From an uncultured Planctomycetales bacterium (GTDB lineage Bacteria > Omnitrophota > Gorgyraeia > Gygaellales > Profunditerraquicolaceae): a DNA stretch of 64,000 nt. Position 1 is the stretch's first letter, and every line of letters starts with the position of its first letter. Shown in pieces: positions 49,037 to 58,788 of this stretch. The notes below the pieces were generated by a model. It saw nothing but the letters and a program-made list of their open reading frames with translations, did not search any database and had not been told where the DNA came from. The stretch is taken from the NCBI GenBank assembly GCA_964542785.1, contig CAZIUK010000001.1:133115-197114 (forward strand), in the 5' to 3' direction. Both the position numbers and the translations under genes were made by a program.

Positions 49037-49776
49037 ACCGTTTTTACTGCCCTTCTTCCGGTATCTTAGGCAATGAAATAATAATTAAAGATAAACAAAA
49101 AGTCCGCCATATAGCAAAGTCTCTTTGCCTTAAGCCTAAAGAAAAGGTAATAGTCTTTGACGAAAACGGCTTTGAGTATTTATGCGTTATAAGCAGGATA
49201 GAAGATAAGGTTTATTTGGAGGTTAAAGAAAAGATTTTGCCTGATAAAAATCATTCTAGGATCGATTTAACTATTGCTTGCGCAATTCCTAAGAAAGCTA
49301 AATTTGACGATATCGTAGATAAGCTTACGCAACTTAGCGTCTGCCGGATTATTCCTTTAATAACTCAAAGGGTAATTGTAAAATTAGACCGCAAGAAAAA
49401 AGAGCTTCGGCTTAACCGCTGGAGAAGGATAGCGGAGTCTGCTTCTCAGCAAAGCCAAAGACACGATATCCCAAAAATAGATGATGTGCAGGATTTTAAA
49501 AAGGTAATCTTAGAATCAAAAAACTTTAATTTAAAATTAATCCCCACACTCTTTGGCGAAAGAAAAAGCATTAAAGAGGCGCTTTCTTTTATCAAGCCTT
49601 CTTTAGATAAAATTAAAATCCTATGCCTGATTGGCCCAGAAGGAGATTTTTCTAAAGAAGAGATAGATATTGCAAAAAAAGCAGGGTTTGTTCCTGTTTG
49701 CCTTGGAGATTTAGTCTTAAGAGTTGATACCGCAGCTATAGCCCTTGCCTCGTGCCTTAGTTTTTATAAGAGATAA
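49033..49776 (+). CDS. rsmE: 16S rRNA (uracil1498-N3)-methyltransferase RsmE
   Basis: SPOUT-class C-terminus LIGPEGDFSKEEI; PUA-like N-terminus. Confidence 0.85.
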   Translation: MNRFYCPSSGILGNEIIIKDKQKVRHIAKSLCLKPKEKVIVFDENGFEYLCVISRIEDKVYLEVKEKILPDKNHSRIDLTIACAIPKKAKFDDIVDKLTQLSVCRIIPLITQRVIVKLDRKKKELRLNRWRRIAESASQQSQRHDIPKIDDVQDFKKVILESKNFNLKLIPTLFGERKSIKEALSFIKPSLDKIKILCLIGPEGDFSKEEIDIAKKAGFVPVCLGDLVLRVDTAAIALASCLSFYKR

Positions 49777-51014
49777 TGAAGGTAAAGTTTTATACATTAG
49801 GATGCAAGGTTAATCAATATGATACCCAGGTTATCCGTGAAAGTTTCTTAGAAAAAGGCTTTAAGGAAGTTTCGCAAAATAAAAGAGCTGATATTTATAT
49901 TATTAATACCTGTACGGTAACTTCATCCGCAGATTCTAAATCCCGCGAGATTATCCGCCGCTCTATCAGAGAAAACCCCAAAGCAAAAATTATTGTTACC
50001 GGTTGCCTTGCTGAGTTAGATAGACAGCAGATTAAAAGGATAAGTAAAGATATTTTAATTTTTAAAAATAAGGAAAAAGAGAATATCGTTTATTTTTTAA
50101 CAGGCAAACCACTCAACCGGCAAACCAGCCGGCTTAGTAGCAGGATAACTTTTTTTAAAGGGCGTACCCGTGCTTTTTTGAAAATTCAAGACGGTTGTGA
50201 TAATTTTTGTTCTTATTGTAAGGTTTCTTTGGTTCGCGGTAAACCAAAGAGTAAGCCCCTTAAGTTAATTTTTAAGGAAGCAGAAGGCTTAGTTAAAAGA
50301 GGCTTTAAGGAGATCGTCCTAACTGGAATTTGCTTAGGTTCTTACGGAAGAGATTTTAAAAAAAAGGGTATAGATTTAGTTGATGTGATAGAAGGACTCG
50401 GAAAGATAAAAGGGTTAGAACGCATCCGCCTAAGCTCCATAGAAGCAGGGGATATCTCAGACAGGCTTCTTAAATCTTTTACTCAACAGACTAAACTTTC
50501 GCCTCATTTACATATCCCCATACAAAGCGGAGACAACGATATCCTAAAGAAGATGAACCGTAAATATACCCGCCAGTCTTATCTTTCTTTAATTAATAAG
50601 ATTAAAAAAAAGGTTCCGCAGGTTGCTATTACTACTGATTGTATAGTTGGTTTTCCGGGAGAGAGCGAGAAAAATTTTTGCAATACGCTCTCTTTGCTGC
50701 AAAAGATAAACCCTCTTAAGGTGCATATATTCCCTTATTCTCCGAGAGAAGGGACAGCTGCTGCGGTTAATTACAAAACGACTCTTCCTAAAGCTATTCT
50801 TAATGAGAGGGTTAAGAGGCTTAAAACTCTTTCAGAAAAGAGCCGTTTAAAATTCCTTCAAAAGTTTAAAGGAAAAAAATTGCCGGTTCTTTTTGAGGCT
50901 TGCTCTAAAGAAAAGAAGGGGTATTGGGAGGGGTTTACCGGAAATTATATAAAAGTTTGCCTAAAATCAGCCAAACCGCTAAAAAATAAAATAGTTACTG
51001 TTAAAATAACTTAA
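49776..51014 (+). CDS. mtaB: radical SAM methylthiotransferase, MtaB-like (MiaB/RimO family)
   Basis: N-terminal MTTase domain (TLGCKVNQYDT, NTCTVT), radical SAM CDNFCSYC, C-terminal TRAM. Confidence 0.75.
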   Translation: MKVKFYTLGCKVNQYDTQVIRESFLEKGFKEVSQNKRADIYIINTCTVTSSADSKSREIIRRSIRENPKAKIIVTGCLAELDRQQIKRISKDILIFKNKEKENIVYFLTGKPLNRQTSRLSSRITFFKGRTRAFLKIQDGCDNFCSYCKVSLVRGKPKSKPLKLIFKEAEGLVKRGFKEIVLTGICLGSYGRDFKKKGIDLVDVIEGLGKIKGLERIRLSSIEAGDISDRLLKSFTQQTKLSPHLHIPIQSGDNDILKKMNRKYTRQSYLSLINKIKKKVPQVAITTDCIVGFPGESEKNFCNTLSLLQKINPLKVHIFPYSPREGTAAAVNYKTTLPKAILNERVKRLKTLSEKSRLKFLQKFKGKKLPVLFEACSKEKKGYWEGFTGNYIKVCLKSAKPLKNKIVTVKIT

Positions 51015-51078
51015 AAATTTCTTCCTAAGATACTTAACCTATTTTTTAAAATATGCGGGAATTAGGATTATTTTTTAC

Positions 51079-51107
51079 TTGACAAATTAGAAAGAAGATG
51101 ATATAAA
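51079..51107 (+). promoter_or_regulatory. strong sigma70-type promoter of major pilin gene: TTGACA, 17-nt spacer, TATAAA
   Basis: Near-consensus hexamers about 145 nt upstream of pilin ATG; shares ACTTGACAAATTA 13-mer with 37285-37297. Confidence 0.5.
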
Positions 51108-51252
51108 GAAACGAAATTAACCAAAGGCGACTTTAGCGAAAGTTTACCTAATCTTTTGAAGTAGAGTTAGTTATAATCTATAAGATAAGCAAAGAAAAGG
51201 TTAAATAAAAAACGCAAAAAGTTAATCTTGCCTTTAGAAAGGGGGATTTTAG

Positions 51253-51681
51253 ATGAATAGAAAGGGTTTTACACTCGTTGAAATTATGATTGTTGTCGCA
51301 ATCATAGCACTCTTAGCTGCTATAGCTATACCTAACTTATTAGAAGCTAGGAAGACTGCAAATGATGCAGCAGCAAAGGCGAATTTGCGCACGCTCTCAA
51401 CAGCTGCAGAGACTTATGCTACTGCGAATGAAGGTACGTATCCTGCTGTAGTTGGAACGGTTCACGCAACAGATCCTGCTCAAAATACTGGATTAGCTAA
51501 GTATGCCCCTTCAGTTATTAATATATGCACCGGTGCTAATGGGGCTGCAGTAGGAGGGTTTAAATATACTTGTACTCTTGCAGCTAGCGGCTATACTCTT
51601 ACAGCTGCACCTGTTACCACCGGGACAACTGGTACTAAAACATTTACAATAAAAACTGGTGGAGTATTGACCGAATCGTAG
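51253..51681 (+). CDS. pilA: type IV major pilin PilA
   Basis: RKGFTLVEIMIVVAIIALLAAIAIPNL; Ala/Thr/Gly-rich globular domain; own promoter and terminator. Confidence 0.8.
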   Translation: MNRKGFTLVEIMIVVAIIALLAAIAIPNLLEARKTANDAAAKANLRTLSTAAETYATANEGTYPAVVGTVHATDPAQNTGLAKYAPSVINICTGANGAAVGGFKYTCTLAASGYTLTAAPVTTGTTGTKTFTIKTGGVLTES

Positions 51682-51740
51682 ATGTAGTAGGTTAAGGATG
51701 TAATAGTTTGTAGTAGTTGGCAAAGTTAATTAGTTAAAAT

Positions 51741-51770
51741 AGGGGAGGATTAACCTCCCCTGTTTTTTTA
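51741..51770 (+). terminator. rho-independent terminator after pilA
   Basis: AGGGGAGG-ATTAA-CCTCCCCT hairpin followed by GTTTTTTTA. Confidence 0.7.
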
Positions 51771-51870
51771 AAATAAAACCTGCATAATCTCTTGCCTGCC
51801 AAAGGGTTCCTTAATTAAAAAATCATAAAAAGATATTGCTTATTTTGTATTTTATGTTAAGATTATTAAC

Positions 51871-52308
51871 ATGAGAAAAAAAGGGTTTACCTTAGTGGAA
51901 ATATTGTTTGTAGTAGTAATCATATCTTTTTTACTTTCTCTTGCCGTTGTCCAGGGAAGAGAGTTTAAGAAAAGAGCAAATGAGTCTAGTGCCCAGGCAA
52001 ACCTAAAGGCAATTGCCGGAAGTTTTGAGATTTACGCTGCAGCTAATAATGGGGCCTATGCTCCCGGGCAAGAATCTGACCTAAAGTTTCTTATTCAATC
52101 AAAGTGTGCTAACCAAGACTTTTTAAGTTTAGATCAATTCGGTTACTATCGTTACGTAGCAGGTTCTATTAACCCTGCAGGTTATGATATCCGGGCAATG
52201 GCAGTAAGCCAGGTATTAGCAGGGCATAACTACCAGATTACTACTGGCGGCAGGTTAAGAAAGAGCGATACTGCTGACCCCGGAGATACAAACTTTAAAG
52301 ATTTTTGA
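51871..52308 (+). CDS. type IV pilin-like protein
   Basis: KKGFTLVEILFVVVIISFLLSLAVV. Confidence 0.65.
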   Translation: MRKKGFTLVEILFVVVIISFLLSLAVVQGREFKKRANESSAQANLKAIAGSFEIYAAANNGAYAPGQESDLKFLIQSKCANQDFLSLDQFGYYRYVAGSINPAGYDIRAMAVSQVLAGHNYQITTGGRLRKSDTADPGDTNFKDF

Positions 52309-52309
52309 T

Positions 52310-52732
52310 ATGTTTTTAATAAATAAAAGAGGGAAGAGTTTTGTAACAATTATCGTGGCCTTTGCCCTTTTAATTTTAATCTTACGCCTTGCCACAGAAA
52401 AAGCCCTTATTTTAATATCTGCCCGGAATGAGGCAGTAGCACAGGCAAACCTAAAGGCCCTTGCAGCAGCTTTAGATAGCTATGCTAATGATAACCAGGG
52501 CGTATATCCTGACTCCATCTCCTTGCTAACTCAGTCTAGTCCTCTATATTTGGATAATGATTATATCGCTGAGTCCCCTATAAAAGGATATACTTATAGC
52601 TGCACTCGTTTGGAAGATTCAGGGTATAACTGCTATGCTTTCCCTTTAAGGTGTAAATTGACCGGTAATTTAGCATTTACCATTACTACCAGGGGGATTT
52701 TAATATCCGAGGATTGCACTGCAAAAGAATAA
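52310..52732 (+). CDS. degenerate pilin-like protein lacking Glu5 (PilX/GspK-like minor pilin candidate)
   Basis: KSFVTIIVAFALLILIL hydrophobic N-helix plus AQANLKAL segment paralogous to 51871 protein, but +5 position is Ile. Confidence 0.45.
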   Translation: MFLINKRGKSFVTIIVAFALLILILRLATEKALILISARNEAVAQANLKALAAALDSYANDNQGVYPDSISLLTQSSPLYLDNDYIAESPIKGYTYSCTRLEDSGYNCYAFPLRCKLTGNLAFTITTRGILISEDCTAKE

Positions 52733-52750
52733 AAATTAGGATAATTTATA

Positions 52751-53779
52751 ATGAGAGCTATTTTTTCTAAATTAAAAGGCAGGTTATCAAAAGACAGGGT
52801 TTTTATAGGCGTTGATATAGGGACAGCTCAGATAAAGGCAGTCAATATTAAATCTACTAAGGATCAGGTTGAGTTAACCGGTTTTGGTATTGAGCCTTCA
52901 AAACTTGAATTAGAAAAAGTCTTAAAGAAAATATTGCATGATCAGTCGGGGCTACCGGTAAATATATCAGTATCAGGTCAACAGAGTGTAATCCGCTATG
53001 TCCCCTTTCCCCGTATGAGTAGTTTAGAATTAAAGCAGGCGCTTAAATTTGAGGCACAAAAACATATACCTTTCTCTATCTCAGAGGTAAACTTAGACGG
53101 TTATATACTTAAAGACAGCCTTCCGGATAATAAAATGCTGGTTTTAATTGCTGCGGTAAAGAAGGATTTAGTTAACCAGCGTTTAAAATTAGTAGAAGGA
53201 GCAGGTTATCGCGTAGGACTCGTAAGCGTTGATTCTATTGCCTTGGTGAATCTTTTTAACTTTAATTATCCGTTTGTCCCTTCTGAAGAAAAAAATACGG
53301 TTGCCTTGCTTAATATAGGAGCCTCTACTTCAAATCTTAATATCTTAGACGAAGGCGTCCCGCGGTTTAGCCGCGATATACATATTTCCGGGAATACCTT
53401 TACGCAAAAGGTAGCTGATATTTTAAGCATAGAGTTTATGGAGGCTGAAAAACTTAAGATTACTCCAGAAATAGATAAGTTAAATAAAATTAAAGCAGCT
53501 TTAGAGTCTGCCTTGATAAATTTAGCAGGAGAGATAAGGGCATCCTTTGACTATTATGAAAATCAAGGTGCTTCAATGGTAGGAAAAATATTTTTAAGCG
53601 GGGGGGGAGCTAAACTTTTTGGCTTAAAAGATAAACTTAAACATCTTTTAAATATAGAGGTTGAAGAATGGGATCCTTTAAGGCGGTTAAAGATAGCAAG
53701 CAGCGTTGATTTGTCTAAACTTAAAGCTATTCAAGGAGAGCTTGCAGTAGCGTTGGGGTTAGCTTTGCATAGTAGTTAA
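52751..53779 (+). CDS. pilM: type IV pilus assembly protein PilM (stand-alone copy)
   Basis: Actin-like ATPase fold (IGVDIGTAQIKAV, LSGGGAKLFGL). Confidence 0.8.
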   Translation: MRAIFSKLKGRLSKDRVFIGVDIGTAQIKAVNIKSTKDQVELTGFGIEPSKLELEKVLKKILHDQSGLPVNISVSGQQSVIRYVPFPRMSSLELKQALKFEAQKHIPFSISEVNLDGYILKDSLPDNKMLVLIAAVKKDLVNQRLKLVEGAGYRVGLVSVDSIALVNLFNFNYPFVPSEEKNTVALLNIGASTSNLNILDEGVPRFSRDIHISGNTFTQKVADILSIEFMEAEKLKITPEIDKLNKIKAALESALINLAGEIRASFDYYENQGASMVGKIFLSGGGAKLFGLKDKLKHLLNIEVEEWDPLRRLKIASSVDLSKLKAIQGELAVALGLALHSS

Positions 53780-53792
53780 GGTTTTACCAATT

Positions 53793-54389
53793 ATGATAGA
53801 GATAAATTTATTACCGGAAGAATTAAGAAATAGGGTAATCAAGCCTCTTAAGCAGGTTAAAGGAGCGAATTTAAAAAAATTTGACCCGAAGCTTCTAGTT
53901 GTTCTTGTTCCCCTAATTTTTCTTTTATTGATTCTTGCCCATATATATTTAGCTTTTTTGCTATCCGTACGCTCCCATAAACTTAATACCTTGAAGGCAA
54001 AGTGGGAGAGTTCTTTTCCCCAGAGAAAAACTTTAGAAGAGTTTAATGCCGAACACGATCGTATTTCTTCAGGCACCAAAGAGATGGAGAAGTTTTTATC
54101 AGAGAGGATAAATTGGGGAGAAAAATTGTTTAAATTAAGTACTTCTTTACCTGAGGGGGTTTGGCTGGAGTCTCTCTTTGTAAATAAGAAGGAGTTCTAT
54201 CTAAAGGGCAAGGCAGTCTCTTTAAAGAAAGAAGAAGTCTCTTTGATAAGAAATTACGTTGAAGGAATAAAGGCAGACAGCAATTTTATGAAACATTTTG
54301 TTTCTTTAGAGCTAGCCTCTATACAGAAAAGTTCTATAGGTGCATACCAAGTAGCAGATTTTTCCTTGTCTGGGTCATTAAAACAATGA
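53793..54389 (+). CDS. pilN: type IV pilus assembly protein PilN
   Basis: MIEINLLPEELR N-terminus, single TM. Confidence 0.7.
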   Translation: MIEINLLPEELRNRVIKPLKQVKGANLKKFDPKLLVVLVPLIFLLLILAHIYLAFLLSVRSHKLNTLKAKWESSFPQRKTLEEFNAEHDRISSGTKEMEKFLSERINWGEKLFKLSTSLPEGVWLESLFVNKKEFYLKGKAVSLKKEEVSLIRNYVEGIKADSNFMKHFVSLELASIQKSSIGAYQVADFSLSGSLKQ

Positions 54390-54961
54390 TGAAGAACTTA
54401 ATTGAAAAAATAAACAGCCTTAATCTGTTGGAAAAGTTTTCTTTAGACAATAAGAAGCTTATTTTAATCTTTATCTTTAGTATTACCTTAATTTATTTAG
54501 ATTATAATTATCTGCTTAAGAAGCAGGCTTCCTCCTCTGGCCGCTTAGCTAAAGAAATTGTTAGGATAAATAACGACCTAAAGGCTTTAGACGGAGGGTT
54601 AAAAAATATGCAGGCAACAAACTTTTCTAAAGCTAACCCTAAGGCAAAGGTTAAAAAGGCGGTATTTGAGGCGGGATTAACTGCGTTTCTAAACGATATT
54701 TCCAAGATAGCTAATATTAATAATGTAATGATTACGCAGATAAAGCCTGCCTATGAATTGCAGAAGACTGCTGTAAAGTTTTCGCCATTTTTGATTAACT
54801 TAGATTTAATCGCAGAGTATCATAACTTTGGAAAATTTATAAACACTCTTGAGAATAATGAGTTTCTTATCGTAATAGAGAGTTTTAAGATTGAAGCCCA
54901 GGCTAAAGACCCTTTAAGGCAGAAGATAACCGTAACTTTAAAAACTTATGTTGAAAAGTAG
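54386..54961 (+). CDS. pilO: type IV pilus assembly protein PilO
   Basis: TM plus coiled coil plus C-terminal domain; position between pilN and pilP. Confidence 0.55.
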   Translation: MMKNLIEKINSLNLLEKFSLDNKKLILIFIFSITLIYLDYNYLLKKQASSSGRLAKEIVRINNDLKALDGGLKNMQATNFSKANPKAKVKKAVFEAGLTAFLNDISKIANINNVMITQIKPAYELQKTAVKFSPFLINLDLIAEYHNFGKFINTLENNEFLIVIESFKIEAQAKDPLRQKITVTLKTYVEK

Positions 54962-55316
54962 TTTTAAAATATCAACGCTGGCTATTCTATTTTTCGCAAT
55001 CCTTAATATATCTTCTTCTTTTGCGCAGGGAGAATTTGTTTATGATCTTAAGGGAGAGCGCAATCCTTTCATGCCTTTAATTACCCCTGAGGGGATGTTG
55101 ATTAAGATAAAGCCCCGTCAGCCCGTAGGAGAACTTGAGTTGGAGGGAATAATTTTTGATAATATATCCATGTCTTATGCTATAGTAAACGGCACGGTGG
55201 TTAAAGTAGGGGATTTTGTAGGCGATTACCAGGTATTAAAAATTCGGGAAGATAAAGTAATCTTTATAAAAGATGGAGAACCTTTTGAGGTAGCATTAAA
55301 GAAAGAGGAGGGGTAA
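54948..55316 (+). CDS. pilP: type IV pilus assembly protein PilP
   Basis: Signal peptide; LEGIIFDNISMSYAIVNGTVVKVGDFVGDYQVLKI beta domain paralogous to 39622 protein. Confidence 0.5.
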   Translation: MLKSSFKISTLAILFFAILNISSSFAQGEFVYDLKGERNPFMPLITPEGMLIKIKPRQPVGELELEGIIFDNISMSYAIVNGTVVKVGDFVGDYQVLKIREDKVIFIKDGEPFEVALKKEEG

Positions 55317-57046
55317 TGCCAAGGAAAGCCTTAAGTTTATTTGTAATTTTTTTATCTTTTATCTTTACTTTTAGTATAGCAGAGGAGGAGGGATTTCCTT
55401 TGCAAGAACAGGAGGATACTTTAGCCTTACGGGCAGAAACACTTAAGTCTGCTGAAGATGTTTTAAGGGTAAGCGAGAATGTTACCTTAGATTTTAAAGA
55501 TGCTGATATTCAAAACGTCTTAAAGATTATCTCTATGAAGTCCGGGGTAAATATTGTGACAACCCCTGATGTCATGGGTAATATTACTATTAGGATGGCT
55601 GATGTTCCTTGGGAGATGGCGCTGGATGTAATTTTAAAGACCTACGGGTTTGGGTATCAGAAACAACGCAATGTCATCTTAGTTACTAAATTAGAAAATA
55701 TTGCAAAAATCCAATCTGAAGAGCCCTTGCAAACTGAAATATTTAACTTAAAGTTTCTTGATGCTCAGGATGCTCAAAAGATAATTATCCCTTTACTTAC
55801 CCTTCGCGGGAAGACTTCGGTTCTTTATGCCCGTGGGCAGAAGGGTTGGAAGTTCGGAACATTTAAAATTGGGAAAGAATCTGTAGCTGCTACAACAGAA
55901 AGAGAAAAGGCGGATTTAACAAAATCAGAAGCTATCTCTTATGAAAAAGGTTCTACTGGAGAGACAGTGATGAAAAAAGCAGAGTTTGATTCTTCAGTAA
56001 AATCTAAAATGCTGGTTGTTACTGATACATTTAGCTCGTTAGATAAGATTCGTAATGAAATTTTACCAATGATAGACGTTAAGCCTAAGCAGGTTCTTAT
56101 TGAAATTAGGATTATGGAGGTTAATCGTAATAAGTTAAGGGATATTGGTTTTGATTGGGGGTTAGGCGGAGATGGAGCGGCTAGAGATACAGCTATAATA
56201 ATGCAAGGCGGCAAAGCCGACGCTATAGGAGGGCACGCAGGGACAATCAAGACTGCCGCTGTTGGTGATATCCCGACTAAGACAGTAACCCCTTCTGCAT
56301 TTAACCCGGCAACTACAGGAATATTAGGCTATGAACCTTATAATGCCGGAGCTGAGTTTGTATTTCAGAAGTTAACAGGGACTAGATTTGAAGCAGTTGT
56401 GCATGCTTTAGAGGATGACGCTGGTACAAATACTCTCTCTGCCCCGAGCATCTTAACTTTAGATAATCAGGAAGCATCCATGTTAGTTGGTTATCATACC
56501 CCTATTTTAGAGTCAGTGGTTACTGCAGGGACAGATACTTCCGGGCCAACAGTTACGCAGACCTTGGATTATTATCAGGAGATAGGCATTCGGCTTAACG
56601 TTGTCCCACAGATTAGCGAAGAAGGATACATTAATATGATTGTCCATCCTAGCATTACCTCTTCTACTTCTAATATAATAGCTACTTCAACTGCCGGTAA
56701 GGCTATAACTGAGACGACCTATCCGATTGTTGATGTAAGGGAGGCTCAGACGCAGGTTTTATTAAAACACGGTGAAACAGTCGTTATAGGCGGGTTGCTT
56801 AAGGATGTTAAATCTAAGGAGTTTATAGGGATACCTTTTTTAAAAGATATCCCTTGGGCAGGAAAGTTCTTCGGCCGCGAAACTACCAACACAGTTAAAG
56901 TGGATTTGTTAATTTTTATTAAGGCTAGAATAATTAAAGAGGACGATTTAACTAAGGAACAGCAAGAGAGGTTTGAGCGGGGAGTAGATTACGTTTTACC
57001 TGCAGGCAAAGAAGATAAGAAGAGCTGGTGGAAACGCTTAAAATAA
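55316..57046 (+). CDS. pilQ: type IV pilus secretin PilQ (second copy)
   Basis: N0/AMIN-like N-terminus, secretin domain (ETVVIGGLLKD, IPFLKDIPWAGKFFGRE, LLIFIKARII). Confidence 0.8.
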   Translation: MPRKALSLFVIFLSFIFTFSIAEEEGFPLQEQEDTLALRAETLKSAEDVLRVSENVTLDFKDADIQNVLKIISMKSGVNIVTTPDVMGNITIRMADVPWEMALDVILKTYGFGYQKQRNVILVTKLENIAKIQSEEPLQTEIFNLKFLDAQDAQKIIIPLLTLRGKTSVLYARGQKGWKFGTFKIGKESVAATTEREKADLTKSEAISYEKGSTGETVMKKAEFDSSVKSKMLVVTDTFSSLDKIRNEILPMIDVKPKQVLIEIRIMEVNRNKLRDIGFDWGLGGDGAARDTAIIMQGGKADAIGGHAGTIKTAAVGDIPTKTVTPSAFNPATTGILGYEPYNAGAEFVFQKLTGTRFEAVVHALEDDAGTNTLSAPSILTLDNQEASMLVGYHTPILESVVTAGTDTSGPTVTQTLDYYQEIGIRLNVVPQISEEGYINMIVHPSITSSTSNIIATSTAGKAITETTYPIVDVREAQTQVLLKHGETVVIGGLLKDVKSKEFIGIPFLKDIPWAGKFFGRETTNTVKVDLLIFIKARIIKEDDLTKEQQERFERGVDYVLPAGKEDKKSWWKRLK

Positions 57047-57352
57047 ATGTACAGGATAAGTTTTGTATTTACTAAAAAAGGAATGATGAAGTATATATCG
57101 CATTTGGATTTGATGCGGCTTCTTACCCGTGCTATGCGTAGGGCATGCCTGCCGCTTAAACTATCTGAAGGCTTTTCTCCCCATCCTAAATTAAGCTTAA
57201 AGAGAGCCTTAAAGTTAGGGGTGGAGAGCGAGAACGAAGAAGGCACTATCATTTTAAGCCTGCCGGTTTCCCCGGAACAATTCAAAGAAAAGCTAAATCT
57301 TCAGCTTCCAGAAGGGATAATAATAAAAGATGTCACGGGAAATTTTAATTAA
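57047..57352 (+). CDS. DUF2344 (radical-SAM-linked protein family) N-terminal fragment, 101 aa
   Basis: KYISHLDLMRLLTRAMRRACLPLKLSEGFSPHPKLSLKRALKLGVES matches the DUF2344 N-terminal signature as I recall it; conserved neighbour of rng. Confidence 0.45.
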   Translation: MYRISFVFTKKGMMKYISHLDLMRLLTRAMRRACLPLKLSEGFSPHPKLSLKRALKLGVESENEEGTIILSLPVSPEQFKEKLNLQLPEGIIIKDVTGNFN

Positions 57353-58772
57353 CGTAGAACCGCAGGAGAAGAGGGTTGCAATAGTCTCTGATGGTCAACT
57401 GCAGGAATATTATATTGAACGCCCGCAGGATAGGACCATCGTCGGCAATATATACAAGGGTAAGATTGACGCAGTCCTTCCTTCTTTGGGTGCAGCCTTT
57501 GTGGATATTGGTTTAGCTAAAAAGGGTTTTCTCTATTTATCTGAGATAGAAGAGGCTTTTGAGCAGGTGGATACCCCTATTAAAAAAGCGCACAGGGAGA
57601 TTAAAAAAGGGCAAGAAATTTTAGTACAGGTAGTCAAAGAGTCCTTTGGTACCAAGGGGCCGCGTCTTTCAACACATATTGGTTTAGCCGGTAGATACCT
57701 TGTAATAATGCCCTCGGATAAGCAGGTAGGTATTTCAAGAAGAATTGAAGATGATGCTGAGAGAAAGCGCCTGCGCCAGATTTTTAGTGAGTTAAAACTC
57801 CCTAAAGACGTAGGTTTTATCGTGCGTACAGCTGCCTGTGGAAAATCTAAGCAGGAGTTAATGCGTGATGCGCAGTTTCTCTATAAGTTATGGAAACGAT
57901 TGGAGAAAACTTCAGCTTTGAAAAAATCCCCGAGCTTAATTTACGAAGAGTATGATTTAACCTTGCGCGCCATCCGCGACTCTTTCACTGAGGATGTGTC
58001 TAAACTCTTAGTGGATTCAAAGCCTGAGTTTTACCGCATCCGTAATTTCATGCGCACATTTTTAAACTATCTATCAAAGAGGGTTGAGTTTTATAAAGGA
58101 GATGATTTATTTGCAGAAAAGGATATTGAAAAGCAGATTAACCGTATCTACGAGAGTAAAATCTACCTAAAATCTAAGGCCTATCTTGTGATAGAGCCTA
58201 CTGAAGGATTAGTGGTAATTGATGTTAATAGCGGCGGCTTTAAAAAGAAGTTTAACCAAGAGGATACTGCCTTTAAGGTTAATTGCGAGGCTGCGTTAGA
58301 GGTAGCAAGGCAGTTGGCCCTAAGGGACTTAGGTGGGATAGTTGTGATTGATTTTATTGATATGGAGAAGGAGAGGCACCGCCGGGAGATTCTAAATATT
58401 CTAAAAAAAGCCTTAAACAACGATAAGGCAAAATACGATATTTTAGGCATTTCTAAGTTTGGGGTAGTTGAGATGACCCGCGAGAGAGTGCATAAAACCG
58501 TGCAGATGCTTTCTTATCAACCTTGTCCTTACTGTAGCGGCAGAGGTAAAATTAAATCCGCAATGACCATGGCGATATTCGCCTTAAAGGAGCTGAAGCG
58601 TTATTTAAAGGGAAAGTCACAAAAAGAGGTTAATCTTTCGCTTGCCCCTTTAATTATAGACGAGATTTTGAAGAACAAAGAAGACCTAAAGGGCATAGAG
58701 TATAAGTTTAAGGTAAAGATAAATCTTATCTCTAATCCTACTTTACATATGGAAGAGGTAAAAATAGCTTAA
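57330..58772 (+). CDS. rng: ribonuclease G (Rne/Rng family)
   Basis: S1 domain then catalytic core with GGIVVIDFIDME; start overlaps upstream ORF. Confidence 0.8.
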   Translation: MSREILINVEPQEKRVAIVSDGQLQEYYIERPQDRTIVGNIYKGKIDAVLPSLGAAFVDIGLAKKGFLYLSEIEEAFEQVDTPIKKAHREIKKGQEILVQVVKESFGTKGPRLSTHIGLAGRYLVIMPSDKQVGISRRIEDDAERKRLRQIFSELKLPKDVGFIVRTAACGKSKQELMRDAQFLYKLWKRLEKTSALKKSPSLIYEEYDLTLRAIRDSFTEDVSKLLVDSKPEFYRIRNFMRTFLNYLSKRVEFYKGDDLFAEKDIEKQINRIYESKIYLKSKAYLVIEPTEGLVVIDVNSGGFKKKFNQEDTAFKVNCEAALEVARQLALRDLGGIVVIDFIDMEKERHRREILNILKKALNNDKAKYDILGISKFGVVEMTRERVHKTVQMLSYQPCPYCSGRGKIKSAMTMAIFALKELKRYLKGKSQKEVNLSLAPLIIDEILKNKEDLKGIEYKFKVKINLISNPTLHMEEVKIA

Positions 58773-58788
58773 AAAAAGGAGTGTAAAA

